Source: Paraphysomonas bandaiensis (lineage: Eukaryota; Protista; Chrysophyceae). Taken from it: a stretch of DNA of 64,000 nucleotides. The notes beneath the pieces are model-generated. The model ran no database searches. It was not told the DNA's origin and worked only from the letters and a program-made list of their open reading frames with translations. The DNA lies in the NCBI GenBank assembly GCA_965644295.1, contig CBFFRP010000399.1, positions 151,531 through 215,530 on the forward strand. The letters are read 5' to 3'. Position 1 is the stretch's first letter. Each line of letters opens with the position of its first letter. The translations under genes were made by a program, and so were the position numbers. Shown here one piece after another: positions 1-12,381 of the stretch.

Positions 1-580
1 ATAACTTGCATAGAATAGGAGCAGTTGTAAACTTCAGGGAATATATGAAAATGTTCTGGGGTGTCGGTGCCGTAGCCGTTCAGCTCCAGAAAAGTCCGCA
101 CATTGATTTCATAATCAGATTTACTACCTACTACCATCGACTGCAAAATGTCTGATATTGAATATAGTTTAGCCTCATTTTCTTGAATTTTCTGTGCAAG
201 CGTTTAGTACAACTCTAAATGGGTGAATCACAAACCTTAATTCTATTAATAATAATTTTACGTTTGGGATAATCGAAAGCCGTAACAAAACCAATTTCAG
301 ATTCAGTCAGGCTATTATCCGCAAGCCAGCGCTTTACTGCTTCTTTCTCTTTATCACTGGAACATATCGAGAAAATGGACGGCGAAGGTAAATAATTCGG
401 CATCACTGGTGGCCGCATGTGCGGTGCACTGCTGTTTAATGCAGAGTCCAGATCAAGCAAAGCTGTTTCGATGTTATCCATGGCACGACAGTTGGAATAT
501 TGTTTTATATATCCCTCAGATGGTACCAATGGTCTTGATGCATATACAGTGTATGAATAGTACCATAAAGTACCACACAT
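1..580 (-). CDS. Hypothetical protein, multi-exon, runs off the left edge; 5' start not resolved
   Basis: ORF 215..580 splices in frame through a 44-bp GT-AG intron (235..192) into an open frame KIQENEAKLYSISDILQ...YSMQV that reaches position 1. No family recognised. Confidence 0.5.
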
Positions 581-857
581 ATTTCCCCTTTTTTTATATC
601 AAGACAATGGCCTTTGCCAACCATATGAGATAACAAATTACAAGGGTCATAGTAGATATGATAGGATGTAATTCTTCCACCAGTAGGAGCAGCAGATACA
701 CTACTATGTACTCAAGTACTGGTACCTGTTTGCATTGCTATCTGGTATATTGTCTACCAGTGTAGGTATACAGCAGCACATAGTCAATCAGTACATAGAA
801 TATGGAACATTAAGAACAGAATAACCATCTCACATCTGCATATAGAGATATATACAT

Positions 858-1493
858 ATGGATTGTGAATTAGAATTATATAGTGCTGTCTATGATGGTG
901 ATCTTGAGCTAGTTAAGCGATTACTAGAAAATGGTGAATCTGCTAACAGCGCTGTTGCCAATTCTGGTATGAATTTATGCCATTTGGCTGTATTTCATCA
1001 ATATCCAGACATATTATCTCTTTTAATTCAATATGGAGCTGATGTAAATGACTGTAATGATGGAGTGTCTACTGTTCTTCAGGTAGCGATTGATTCGTAT
1101 ACAACGAATCCAGACGTTTCTTTGAAACTAACAGAAATATTGACGAAACACGTAAAAAATCGTAATGTGCTTGGACAAGCGCTTCAGGTTGCCAGTGGTA
1201 TGGGTTTTATCCCCATAGTGCGTCTTCTATTGAACGCTGGAGCAGATCCCAACTATTTCCCTTCAGATGATGAGTTTGAGATGACACCACTTGTTGGTAT
1301 GATATTTGAGAATGAGATGATGCCAGATCATCTAGAAATCGCAAAATTATTGGTAGAAGCTGGTGCTGATATAAATCATGTTTCAGCGGGGAAAACTTTG
1401 ATAGATTACGCAACTGAATATGGGAGAAACGATTTACTACCCTTTCTAGAGGAGAAAGGCCGAATGGAGACCGTAGACAATCAAAATTCATGA
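858..1493 (+). CDS. Ankyrin-repeat protein (211 aa, intronless)
   Basis: Repeated ANK motifs: LYSAVYDGDLELVKRLLENG, HLAVFHQYPDILSLLIQYGADVN, ALQVASGMGFIPIVRLLLNAGADPN, HLEIAKLLVEAGADIN. Confidence 0.9.
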   Translation: MDCELELYSAVYDGDLELVKRLLENGESANSAVANSGMNLCHLAVFHQYPDILSLLIQYGADVNDCNDGVSTVLQVAIDSYTTNPDVSLKLTEILTKHVKNRNVLGQALQVASGMGFIPIVRLLLNAGADPNYFPSDDEFEMTPLVGMIFENEMMPDHLEIAKLLVEAGADINHVSAGKTLIDYATEYGRNDLLPFLEEKGRMETVDNQNS

Positions 1494-2318
1494 CTTCATG
1501 TATTTTCAAGTACAAACATTTTAAATGGAATTCAGATATTGCTATGAAACGTGTAGTATTGGCTATGCTTGCCTTTACTTATGGATGTGGCTATTCCTAT
1601 CGATATATTTGACTCGAATTGTGGTGCATGAATTAGTTTTCGCTCCAGAAACAATAATTGATAGAGATAGTGCTACCCAGTATGATGCAGTATATATTAC
1701 AAATGTGATGCAAAATTTTTCGCATCTGATTGTGAACTATAACAGCTACCTCTGCCACTATAGCATATCACTTCGTAGGGTTAGAGGGTAGATCCTCATT
1801 TCATTTTTCATTGAGACAAGCGTAGAAGACTGAAAATATATTTGTCCCTAGTCCCTACTAAATTTATCCGACAAGTGGCAGCTGAGCATACTAATGTTAT
1901 CAGACGTTCCTACTAAGTTAAAAATTTATCGATTCTACTAAACTTCAATGCGGCTCCACGACTGTCATTTTTAGATTAGTAGTTAGTAGGAACAAGGAAG
2001 TTTCTGACAAATTAGAAGGAGCAAATAGAATATTCTTTAGTAGATTTAAAAATGACGCCGCTGTAAAGGCACTATCTTAGCAGCGTGCCTATGACCGATG
2101 CCCACACACAAGTTTATATTTCCATGCTCTATCAAAATACTGATCGATTATGTAGAGTTGAACAATGCCGAGTTTTGTGTACTTGTGTGTGTGATCTAAA
2201 TGAATGATTGCGTATCCCGGAAGGCACAAAAGGAATTATATCTTCGCTACTACGTCATGATCCTTAACACACCGAATAACCATGATTATTACAACCCTGG
2301 CAAACACACTCGTAAACG

Positions 2319-4752
2319 CTACTCATCACCACTACGATCGACTTCTCCGCTATCAGCACTACTAACGGCACTTTCTTCTTGCTGTTCAGCAATACCCTGC
2401 CCTATGCTAAAGTCAACATCTGCAGTTGAAACATCAGTTCGGTTCTCGGCTGTACTTCCTGAGTTCGAAGTTGTAGCGGCAGCCAGCAACGCGTTCAGGC
2501 CCTCATTCTCTGGATCTTCCTCAGCTACGCTCTGCATCGCATTTATCTCCTCTGCATTCATCAAAAACTTTCCATCGGGACAAACTTCGTAAAATATTTT
2601 TTCTGCCTGAACCACTGCTTCGTGGATATAAAGTAGATGTTCATGACTGGCATCACACTCCAATAGGTTATTGTACTGCCCAGAGGTAGCAGCTGCTGGG
2701 ATTTCACAGATTTCCGGGTGTAAAAACGACGCAAACATAATCTCTTCCAAGCTTCTTTCATTAGACAACGACAGACGTCGCAACAGCGATATAGTATTTG
2801 TCATCAATTCCGCTGCTCTGGTTTCAATATCACTCTCTCCCTCAGTAACCATATAAGTCATCGTGTACAGTACATACACACCAGTAGGTGCAACTAGTGT
2901 AGTGGGGTCCAATTGTATTGCATACACTGCGTAGTCGTTGTCCAAAGAGTCTGTATGTGGAGGAATAACCAGCACTCCCCTCACAGCCTCCTTGTCGGGC
3001 AATATTGAGTGGGTAATCAGTGAGTGTCGCTGCACCAGTCGGTATCCCCTCTTCGATGATGATATCCGGGTGGGCTCCTCAGAATTGCTTGTGCCTACAA
3101 GAGTCGATTTGTTTTCATCCGCTGTGCTCAGAGTTCTTACGGTTTGGTCGGTTATCAAGTGCCCACACCCAATTACCCGACCACTAGTAAGTCGCACAGC
3201 AACCACACGCTGATTACAATTCAATGCATCATTGGCCCCTGCTGGTGTACACTCAGTCGGCAACGTCACATCGGAATCGCTTCCTTTACTACGGGGATTC
3301 AGGTGCGCTGGGTCTGCAGGGGTAGTCAATATAGCTTGTACTGTATCCCGCAGTACAAATATACCCCCCCATACGGCACTGAGACGACAGAATGCTTGTG
3401 CAAATTCGCTCGTTCCGTAAATAGGCATCAAGAAGGATGTATGGCCATAGCGTCCTGATGCGTTAATGTGACGATATAGTCCATCTAAGGATGATCGTGC
3501 AGTAGCTGTCACACTTGGTTCCAAACAAAGACCGTGAGATATAAAAGCGGCTAACTTATTTGATACTTTAGACTGAGCTAGAAACTCGGTAAACAACTGA
3601 TCCGGCTGCGTATCAAGTGTGTCACTACTGATACTGGATTTAGTATCTTTGTTTTGAGGACGAAAAAGAGCTCGGCCCTGTGCGAGCTCCGTCTCATTTA
3701 GTGTTTCTACTGGCAATCCTTCTGCAGCTCGTCCACGATCTACCGCGAACTGCATTAGTTTCATTAAAGATCTTTTCTCTAAGGCTGTAAAGAGTTTGGA
3801 ATTAAAAATATCACTCTTCGAGCTGGGTACACGGTGCATCGAAACAGGAGAGTTGGCAGTGTTCGATGGGGCAATGTAATATACACTGTCGATAGATTTG
3901 AACTCCAAGTAATGCCCCACTCCACTTTCAATAATGGCATCAACCATCTTTCCTGCTGAAAGCAGAAGCTTTGGGTTACTGTCAATATTGAATTCACGAT
4001 TGCGATAAAGAAGCCGAGAAAGAGTTGGTTCATGATTCTCCCTGTAGCCCATGAACACAGGGTGAATATTAGGGTCAGATGGAGGTGCATTTGTATGTTC
4101 CATGAGGTATCCGAAACAAGCCGGTGAGCCTACAGCCGAACGTCGCACATCAGTTATTCCAGAGCTATGACTCGCATCTTCGGTTGAGTTATACGACAAA
4201 ATATTCGAGCTACATTCAACGCAAGTCACCCTATCAGTAGTATTGCCTCCTCCTATGGATTCAACATCTCTCCAAGCAAGGGCATCTATAGGACAATCAA
4301 TAGCATGTCCACCAGCGGCCAATCGAGAGATACTACTTTGAATGCTCTCAGTTACCACTTGCGTCACTGAATCACTGTCCGTTGAAGAAATTCCAGTTGT
4401 AGAGGGTAATCTCTTGGAACAAATATCCAGGAATTGAGTTAAATTAAACGTAGCGTGATCATTACCACCATAATAGTCATTCTACCACACACAAATCAAC
4501 CAAAATACAGATCTCAATATGGTTATAAACCTTATCTAAATGCAACACTTTCTTTCCTTGTTTGCTCAAAGCACTAAAGAGTTATTAGTTAATATGTTTT
4601 GTCGGTATGTATATGTATACCTGGAGACTATAGACTGCACGAGACTAACACACACATTGTCAGATTGAATAAAGGTAATAGACTAGGAATAATGACCTGG
4701 TTCCGACTATGACACAGTCATAGTGAGGATCGAATCCATCGTTGTCATCCAT
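2319..4752 (-). CDS. Rab escort protein / Rab geranylgeranyltransferase component A (GDI-REP family)
   Basis: Three short 5' introns give the N-terminus MDDNDGFDPHYDCVIVGTSLVQSIVSSALSKQGKKVLHLDKNDYYGG (GDI/REP signature). Later motifs: RNREFNID..PKLLLSAG, SGVGHYLEFK, VPSSKSDIF, YGTSEFAQAFCRLSAVWGG. The long insertions and acidic tail favour REP over GDI. Confidence 0.88.
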
Positions 4753-4838
4753 GTTTATATCCTGGAGTATATTATGATATGGAGAATAATGCCTAAAGAC
4801 CCTACACCTCCTATGCACAGATTAACATACCCTACATG

Positions 4839-4996
4839 CATACATACATACATACATACATACATACATACATACATACATACATACATACATACATACA
4901 TACATACATACATACATACATACATACATACATACATACATACATACATACATACATACATACATACATACATACATACATACATACATACATACA

Positions 4997-5026
<30 letters not shown>
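4839..5026 (+). repeat. (CATA)n tetranucleotide microsatellite, about 190 bp
   Basis: Perfect CATA tandem array read directly; lies between divergent genes. Confidence 0.97.
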
Positions 5027-5028
<2 letters not shown>

Positions 5029-5374
5029 CAAACTGTATACCGGTATATACACATATACAGAGCGTATTCTTTTAAAAGGTATGAAAATCATCACGTTATA
5101 TTTTTACATGTACCAGTCTCCATATTCAATTTTAGTACCATGTGAGTGCATATATAAACACCCTTTCACATATATATACATACATACATATACACTGAAC
5201 TCATTTCTAAGCTATAACTTACTTATCATACATAACCCCAACAACACATACCATAATTCTATTAGTACCTTGATACCAATTATATTTGGTACCTTGAGTG
5301 CTGACTTTTTCTACTGGATTTAACGTATTAATAGTTTGATTCTATATTATTCACACGATCACTCTATCTGTAAC

Positions 5375-8300
5375 ATGAGACTGGAAGAGGCTGCTGCCAT
5401 TCTTGGTGTGTCAGTCAATGCCGATATAGAGGTTCTGAAGCAAACTTATAGGAAACTCGCCTTATCATGGCATCCTGATAAGGTATGAAGGGTTCTCTAG
5501 ATATATGTTTGTATATATGGACTAATAGTATATATAACTTCTTGTATAGTGCACTGATCCTCGTGCAAAAGAAAAGTTCCAGCAGATATCTGTAGCTTAT
5601 ACAAGATTAATATCCTCGCGTGGAGGGGGTGATGATTATGATAGTGATGAGGAGAACGGACATCCCTGTGACGACGATGCCCACGAAATGAGGGCTTTTA
5701 TGCGAATGTTTATGGATTTGGTGGGGATATTCAACGATGAACAGACTATTCCTGAAGATGGTAAGCTTCCAGGAGGTAATTATTGCATATTACGTTGTAA
5801 ATATACCCTGATTGTGTGACATAGGTGTATCTTTCGGTATGATGTTTGGAACCCCCCCGGATACTAATGAAGACTGGAGTAGTGAGGACGAAGAAGATGG
5901 CGACGATGAAGACTATGACTCCGAGGGAGCAGATGATGGTGAGAACCTGTGGGAGCCCATGGCAAAGCATTATTTCCACATGAATCTCAAAGAAGAAGTC
6001 AGTCAAGCTCGCGATTTTAGCTGTCCCTCAGGGAGCAATGTTGTCCGTGATGTGGACGAGGAAATGGAGGCCAAGCGTAAGCAGCGTAATGCCAAGAAAC
6101 GGGCAGAGAAGCGGCGGAAACAGAAAGAGAAAAAGGTTCGTGAAGCTGCCGTGAAAGCTCAGGAGGACGAAAAGGCTAGATTAGCAGAGGAGATTAGCAA
6201 ACGCGAGCAAGAGGACGCACTCCGGAAGCGGAAAGAAGAGATTCGTCAGGCACAAGAAGCTGAGAATGCTAGGCGTAAGCATCTCTTCGATCTTGTTTCG
6301 TGTGGACAGTCTGAAAAAGTGATAAGTCTCATAGAAGACCCTAAGTCGGGTGTGCGTGCAACTGAACGTTTGGCAGGGGGTGGACGGTCGGGATCGGGAC
6401 TGCTCCACTATTGCGTTGCGAAGCTAATCGGGCAGGAGGTGGACACGAAGGAAGCACAGGAGGGCAAGCTCGCCATTGCTAAGTTCCTCCTCTCACTTCG
6501 GTCTCCTAGTGTGGATCTTGGACTGATCGACGAGGAAGGCCGTACCGTACTTCATGTGGCTGCCATGAGTGGGGATGTTCGCATGATAGAGTTGCTTCTG
6601 GAGCAAAGGGCGGAGCAAGACAGGAAATGCCAGTCTGCTGATATTAATGCCCGCTGTCTAAACTCGGGTTGGACACCTCTTCATTACGCAGCTGTACATG
6701 GGGTTGTTTCCTCGTGCAGGATCCTCATCAAATCTGGGGCTCTACTTAATGTACACGCCTATTCACCCGGATCCATCAGAGATCCCGATAGTAAGGGTCC
6801 GACACCTCTTGAGCTAGTACGACAAAAGCTCGATGAACCTGGGAATTCTGCTGCTTTTATGGCTATGCTAGAGGAAGTGGTTGAAGAGTTGAGTGCTGCA
6901 GTCGCCAAGCTTGAGGCTATTCGCATGCAAAAAGAGATCGAGAGAAGCAACCGGGAGGCTAAATTGAAGGCAGAAAAGGCCAGGCTAGCTGAGAAAGAAC
7001 AAACAGAGAGGGAATTGTTGGAGCGAAAACAGCGACAGCTTAAAGAGAAACAAGAGAAGGAAAGACTTAAGGCAGAGGAGGATGCGCGTAAGAGGTGTTA
7101 TGTGTTGAAAACGTTGTGTAAGTGATATTTCAGGTGCTGCTGCTGCAGTGGAAGAGAAAACAGGAGGAAAGAAAAAGAAAAAGAAGAAAGACAAGAAGAA
7201 GAATTCCGAGGAGGCGTCAGTTACAACTTCCGAAGCGCATAGTGCCACTAATTCACGTGAAGTTTTTGTGGGAAAAGAAAGCGCACAGCGCGAGTCATCT
7301 TCGGCATCTGTTGCCGCAGCGTCTGCCCATTCTCCCTCTGCGAGTTCGGTGGTAGCAGCGGTAACATCTTCATCCGCTCCAGTCGCCGACGCCGTAGCAG
7401 AAATAAAATCACGTGATGAACTACTCGACCATCTTCTTGCAATGGGATTCGCGGAGTCAGACTGTATGGCCGCCATCACTTCCTGTGGCCTGAATGTTGA
7501 CTTGGCTATCTCTTGGCTCTGTGACCGTCCCTCCCCTTCTCCACCCGGCACGCAGAAACCTTCTCAAGCGTCAATACACCCTACTAGTGAGGCTAAGGAG
7601 ACCGCGAAGAAGTCTGGCGTAGTAAAAGCAGGAGGGACAGATGTTGATGCGGCATTGAAGGCCCAGAAAGACAAAGAGCACAAGGAGGAGCTTCGGAGGA
7701 TTAATAGGGCATGGAACGCGAAGGTCCCACAACAACGTGCTGAGGAAGAGAGGAAAAAGGTACTTTGCTTATACCACACCATGTCTTTTTTGACACACCG
7801 AACTTGTTTATACGCAGCTCGAAGCTGAGAGGATACAAAAGGAAATGGAAAACCAGAGACTCTTACAGCAGCAACTCCAACAACAGTACTCGATGCATAG
7901 CATGTTCAACCCTACCGTGCACATGTACAGTATGCCACACCACGGCGGAGGATCAATGAACCCACCATATATGCACCAACAGCAGACCCCCCCAGGATCT
8001 GGCCATATGATGATGCCCCAGCAGCAGGGTATAATGCATAACAGTCAGCAGTTTCCGGACTTGTCGTATTCATCGCCTGGAGTAGGTGGAGGAGCTGGGC
8101 CTGCACCTTTGTATGGATCTGCTGGAGGACACACTGGAGTAGTGGGTGGGTCGCCAGGCTATGGCCCCATGCAGACACCTTCACAGAATTCGCAGTCGTA
8201 CGACCAGCACTCAGCGTACCAGCACGGCTACGGTATGCTTGGTCCCCAGCATGCTCAACCTGGCGCCCCGGGTGTACCCAGCATACCTACACGTTCTCGT

Positions 8301-9254
8301 GGCCCGTCCTCTGTCTCTCTGGGCGACAGTGATAGTGGTGTTCTTGACATGCCCCCGCCCATGTACCCTTCCATGGGTCAGCATAGTTCTGGAACTCCAA
8401 TGCAGCCGCAGCCGCAGACGCAACCCATACACCACCAGAGCCACAGCGTGCCCCCAGTTTACGACCCAAGGAAAAGCAACCAAGTAATGTCCTCGCCCCC
8501 TGGCCAGCACACACGGCCTGGTTATCATGGGGGTATGGTAGATGCAAGTGGGATGGGGTTGAACGGGAATGAGTACGGGTATGGTAGGGAGTATGATGGT
8601 GGAGACGGAAGCGAATTGGGCGGTACTGGCAATGGGAGTGAGTACATTGATGGAGCTGTGCACCTATCCGCAGGGGCGAAACCCTTTGTACCGAAGTTCG
8701 CAACCTCTCCCGCAGGGGTAGGATCAGTATCACAAGGTTCCCATATTGTACCTGAAACAGGTGTTGGGTCATTCGCACTTCCTCCTATGTCTGACAATTC
8801 GGCTCCCTCATGGGGCGATAAGCACCTGGGACAAAGCGATAATGATAATATAGACACACTCTCCGGGTTTGGCGAAGGAGTTTCACAAACACACCCGAGC
8901 GAGCCGGAGACGGATATTGACAATATTATTAATGTTCCGTTAGACATTCTCTCTTTCGACGGTATAGGAGATCCCATTGCAGGATTGGACACTACAGGTG
9001 ATGACGACTTAAGCGAGTCTTTACTCGGACGGCTTGCAGTAGGAGGAGGACCCTCGTCTGACCGTAGAAGAAATAGAGGGTTACTCTTCCAGTCTTCAAA
9101 TTCGTCATCGAGATTATATCCAGAGTTAGGTGGTGATGATCACTATACAGACGATGGATTGCTCCCATTCAATCAAATTATATCTGACGTTATAGATTCA
9201 CCTGACGGCACATCATATCATACTGGCTCAAGTTTTTCGGAAAATGCATCTTAG
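5375..9254 (+). CDS. J-domain (DnaJ-type) protein with ankyrin repeats, UBA domain, Q/P/G-rich low-complexity region and PAM2-like motif
   Basis: Exons 5375-5482, 5550-5760, 5825-7087, 7134-7759 and 7819-9254 join in frame. J domain: YRKLALSWHPDK...AKEKFQQISVAY. ANK: GRTVLHVAAMSG, GWTPLHYAAVHG. UBA: LDHLLAMGFAESDCMAAITSCGLNVDLAISWL. PAM2-like: LSAGAKPFVP. Confidence 0.88.
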
Positions 9255-10650
9255 TCTCATTCGGTGAAATATTATGTAACATTGTTCGCATTAGTTATTG
9301 ATATTCCGTCGATAGAAATAGTATTTTGTTAATAAGAAGTCCATGTGATTAATGGGGGGGCTATTTTTTCAGAATTCCAAGTACTAACGGTATAAAATAA
9401 CCAGTGTTTAAATATTAATTCTACTACTACCTCTTGTACTGAAAGTAACTGCGTTGTCAAGGTTTGACATAATATGAGAAGTATTAACTTAACAACAGAA
9501 GGTAACTTATACTCAATGCTGAGACATAAATTATAATCAATATCTCTTATCATTCATCAATATCATGTTGTCTCCACTACCACTCATTTCTCGTACGACG
9601 ATCTTACATCGTCACTACAACTTGCATCGTCACTATATTCCGTTTTACCGCTATATGCTTATCGTCATTCATTCTCACAATACGATTAACAAGACTACAA
9701 CTGTATAATACAGTAATTTAAATACCTTATAACTACAGCTTTCAATTGCTCTCATATAGCAGAACTCAACATGCGTCATACTATTATAGTTTATAGTGAC
9801 AAATAGTGGTCCTCAACGGATACACAACATAATTAAAACCGTAGACATGTTATTACGCTTGCGTGCCACTCAATTATGAATAATGATGATAAAGTAACTG
9901 TGCACGTACATTCAAGTTCTTCTATGATCTAAGATAATGTGTTTAAACGTTTATACCTATCAGTTGCCATGTGCCATGTAGCCATGTAGTCATACAGCTT
10001 AAGATGCTATAATAAGCCAGCCAATTCAAGTAATTGGCAACATTTACCAATAATAGTTGCTATTGTTATCTTAATTGTTACCCAAGTCTTCCAGTCACCC
10101 AGTACACATTATCGCGCTATTAACTCATTTCAATCTTCAATTGCACTTATGTATTGTGTATTGTACATTGCATCATGCAGCAGAAGTCAACATGTAATTT
10201 CGACAACACAATATAATATAGTATATAGTGTTCCTAGCTAGCAGTGGCGGAATGTGATATATCTCAAGGCCTGGTAAGCATTAATGGATTACGGTATTGG
10301 CATTGATGGCCATTATACATTATACTTGCGGGATACTGATACCAGGCTCTGATATCTGATATACGTCTGATGGGGATACTGTACGTTGCCCATTACAGCA
10401 TTATACTGCAACTACTACCTTGCTTAAGTGCATAATATTAAATATTCACCGCTTTCTTATTATTCAGTGCTCCCAGGAAATAGTACATCGCATAAGACGT
10501 ACATGCAAGCGACAGTGAATAATTAGCCACAAGAATCCATAAGACAATAGACCATGATATGCCGACATGAATATCATGGGCGTAAAAAAAGAAATGTCTA
10601 ATTACGTAGCGCATATTATTCCGAATCGGAGACACATTGCCACGAAGGAA

Positions 10651-11640
10651 CTAATACAGCTGGCGGTAGTACTGTGTGATAGTTTCTACCGACATCAGTA
10701 TAATCATCGCATGGGGCGCACATCGACCGTAGTACGCTCCGAACCCAGTCCAAAAAGCAAGTAGGCCCTCCTAAACAAGTGAATTACGAACAATACACAC
10801 ATATATATGAGTTTTAACCTTTCTGAGTATTTGTGAAGCACAGTCAATTATGCCTTTGTACTTGGTCCCATCTTGTAGCCTTGATTTCATGAGGTCAAAT
10901 GGCAAAGAAAACCACGCAGCGGTAAATCCTGCAATCATAGATGATCCAATCCTGGTTGACATCTGAGGTTTGCTAGGGTCAGGATCATTCAATATGCCAG
11001 CCACAACCTCCTTGGCCTAAGTAAACAGGGTTTAAAAATTACTCTGAGCAGCAAGGAACAACGTAACCTGGTCATAGCATGACATCATGCCAACGTTCAT
11101 TGCCATTCCACGCAAAATATTAGGTAGAAGCCCCGAATAAAGACGCGCAGCACCTTCCTCCTTTGCAATCCGCGTGAGAGCATTGAATACATGCGTATAG
11201 TTACGTCGACTCTCTACAGGTTTCATACTGTCTGCCTGCATGCGTACCAGAGCGACATCGAATGGAGTACCTATACAAACTGCAATAGAACCAGACGCCA
11301 TACCACTTGCAGCTTTCGTCAAAAACGATAATGGTTTTCCATCATTAGCAGCAGTCAAGTGGTCAGATATGGTGCGGTGGAGACCTATACGGGCAGTCCC
11401 ATATATAGCCTGTCTCATAAGAGCTGCTGATAATCCAGCATAGACAGATGTCACCCCTTCCTCTTTAACCATCTTTGCAATCATTCCTATAGCATTTGGC
11501 TTCTTTGTTCCCTCTGGATTGAGTGTAGCAAATAATTGAAGACGTACTTTAGCTAGATCAATTGGATGGATGCAAGATGATGCCAGACAGGCTGCCAACC
11601 CCCCGCAAACAAATGGTTCTAATGTAGATAATATAGGCAT
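10651..11640 (-). CDS. Mitochondrial carrier (SLC25), 2-oxoglutarate/malate or dicarboxylate-tricarboxylate carrier type
   Basis: Three PX[D/E]XX[K/R]X[R/K]-type motifs (PIDLAKVRLQ, PFDVALVRMQ, PFDLMKSRLQ); YAGLSAALMRQAIYGTARIG and YYGRCAPHAMI are typical of OGC/DTC. Two introns; last exon ends ...YYRQLY-TAG at 10651. Confidence 0.92.
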
Positions 11641-12381
11641 TGTTTTAGTTATTCTATTCGAAGGGTATTGTTAGAATGTGTTGTGAAGAGAATGGAAGCG
11701 AGCAATAGATATGAGCGACTTGTTTCTATGGGATTGTATGCACATGGCACTATGTATGTATGTATATAGAGGGAGGTGTTAGCAGTACAGAGTACTCTGC
11801 TGTACTCTTCCACATCTAGAGTGCGGTGTGTATGTATGTGATGTACTTGTACTGCTGTGTGTACGAGTGTAGTAAGAATTCCAACCCTCAACATCAATAG
11901 CATCACCAGCAGCACCAATATCGTCATCATCAAACGTCATCACCACCTGGAAAAGAGTACGTACAGGACGGAAATTCGAATTCTACCATATGTTCTGGTG
12001 ACTGGGAATATACAGTTTTCTTGAAGTTACTCACCAAAATGCTTACTTTTATCACTTCTTCATGTTTTTGGTTGTATAAAACGGAGGTTTTCACTGAACA
12101 GAGATCTATTATTTTGAGAGGAAATATTTTTGATGTACGCCAAAAAGTGTGCAGAGAGTCAATGATAATATACGTAGAAATGTATATGTAATTGCAACCT
12201 AACCATAGTTTGATCACATCCTAATATTAGTATTAATATACTTGTATATCAGACAATAGATACTATAGATATTACATCATTATCATGCTGTTATTATCGT
12301 GAATTGTGTTGTTTATTTTACTGAAAAGGGCATCACTTTTCCCACCGTCTATTTGGTGTATTTCTGTTATACAATTGTAAC

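Noticed and set aside
1850-2050. Short CTACTAA repeats and an 11-bp inverted repeat (GTTCCTACTAA/TTAGTAGGAAC)
   Set aside because: Possibly a MITE relic, but no termini or TSD can be defined.
4723-5145. ORFs with YIHT/MYVC repeats (also 20863..21574)
   Set aside because: Translations of the stop-free (CATA)n microsatellites, not proteins.
9329-10635. Short ORFs in the long convergent spacer (similarly 19588..19788 and 53227..53698)
   Set aside because: No motifs, splice support or coding-like composition.
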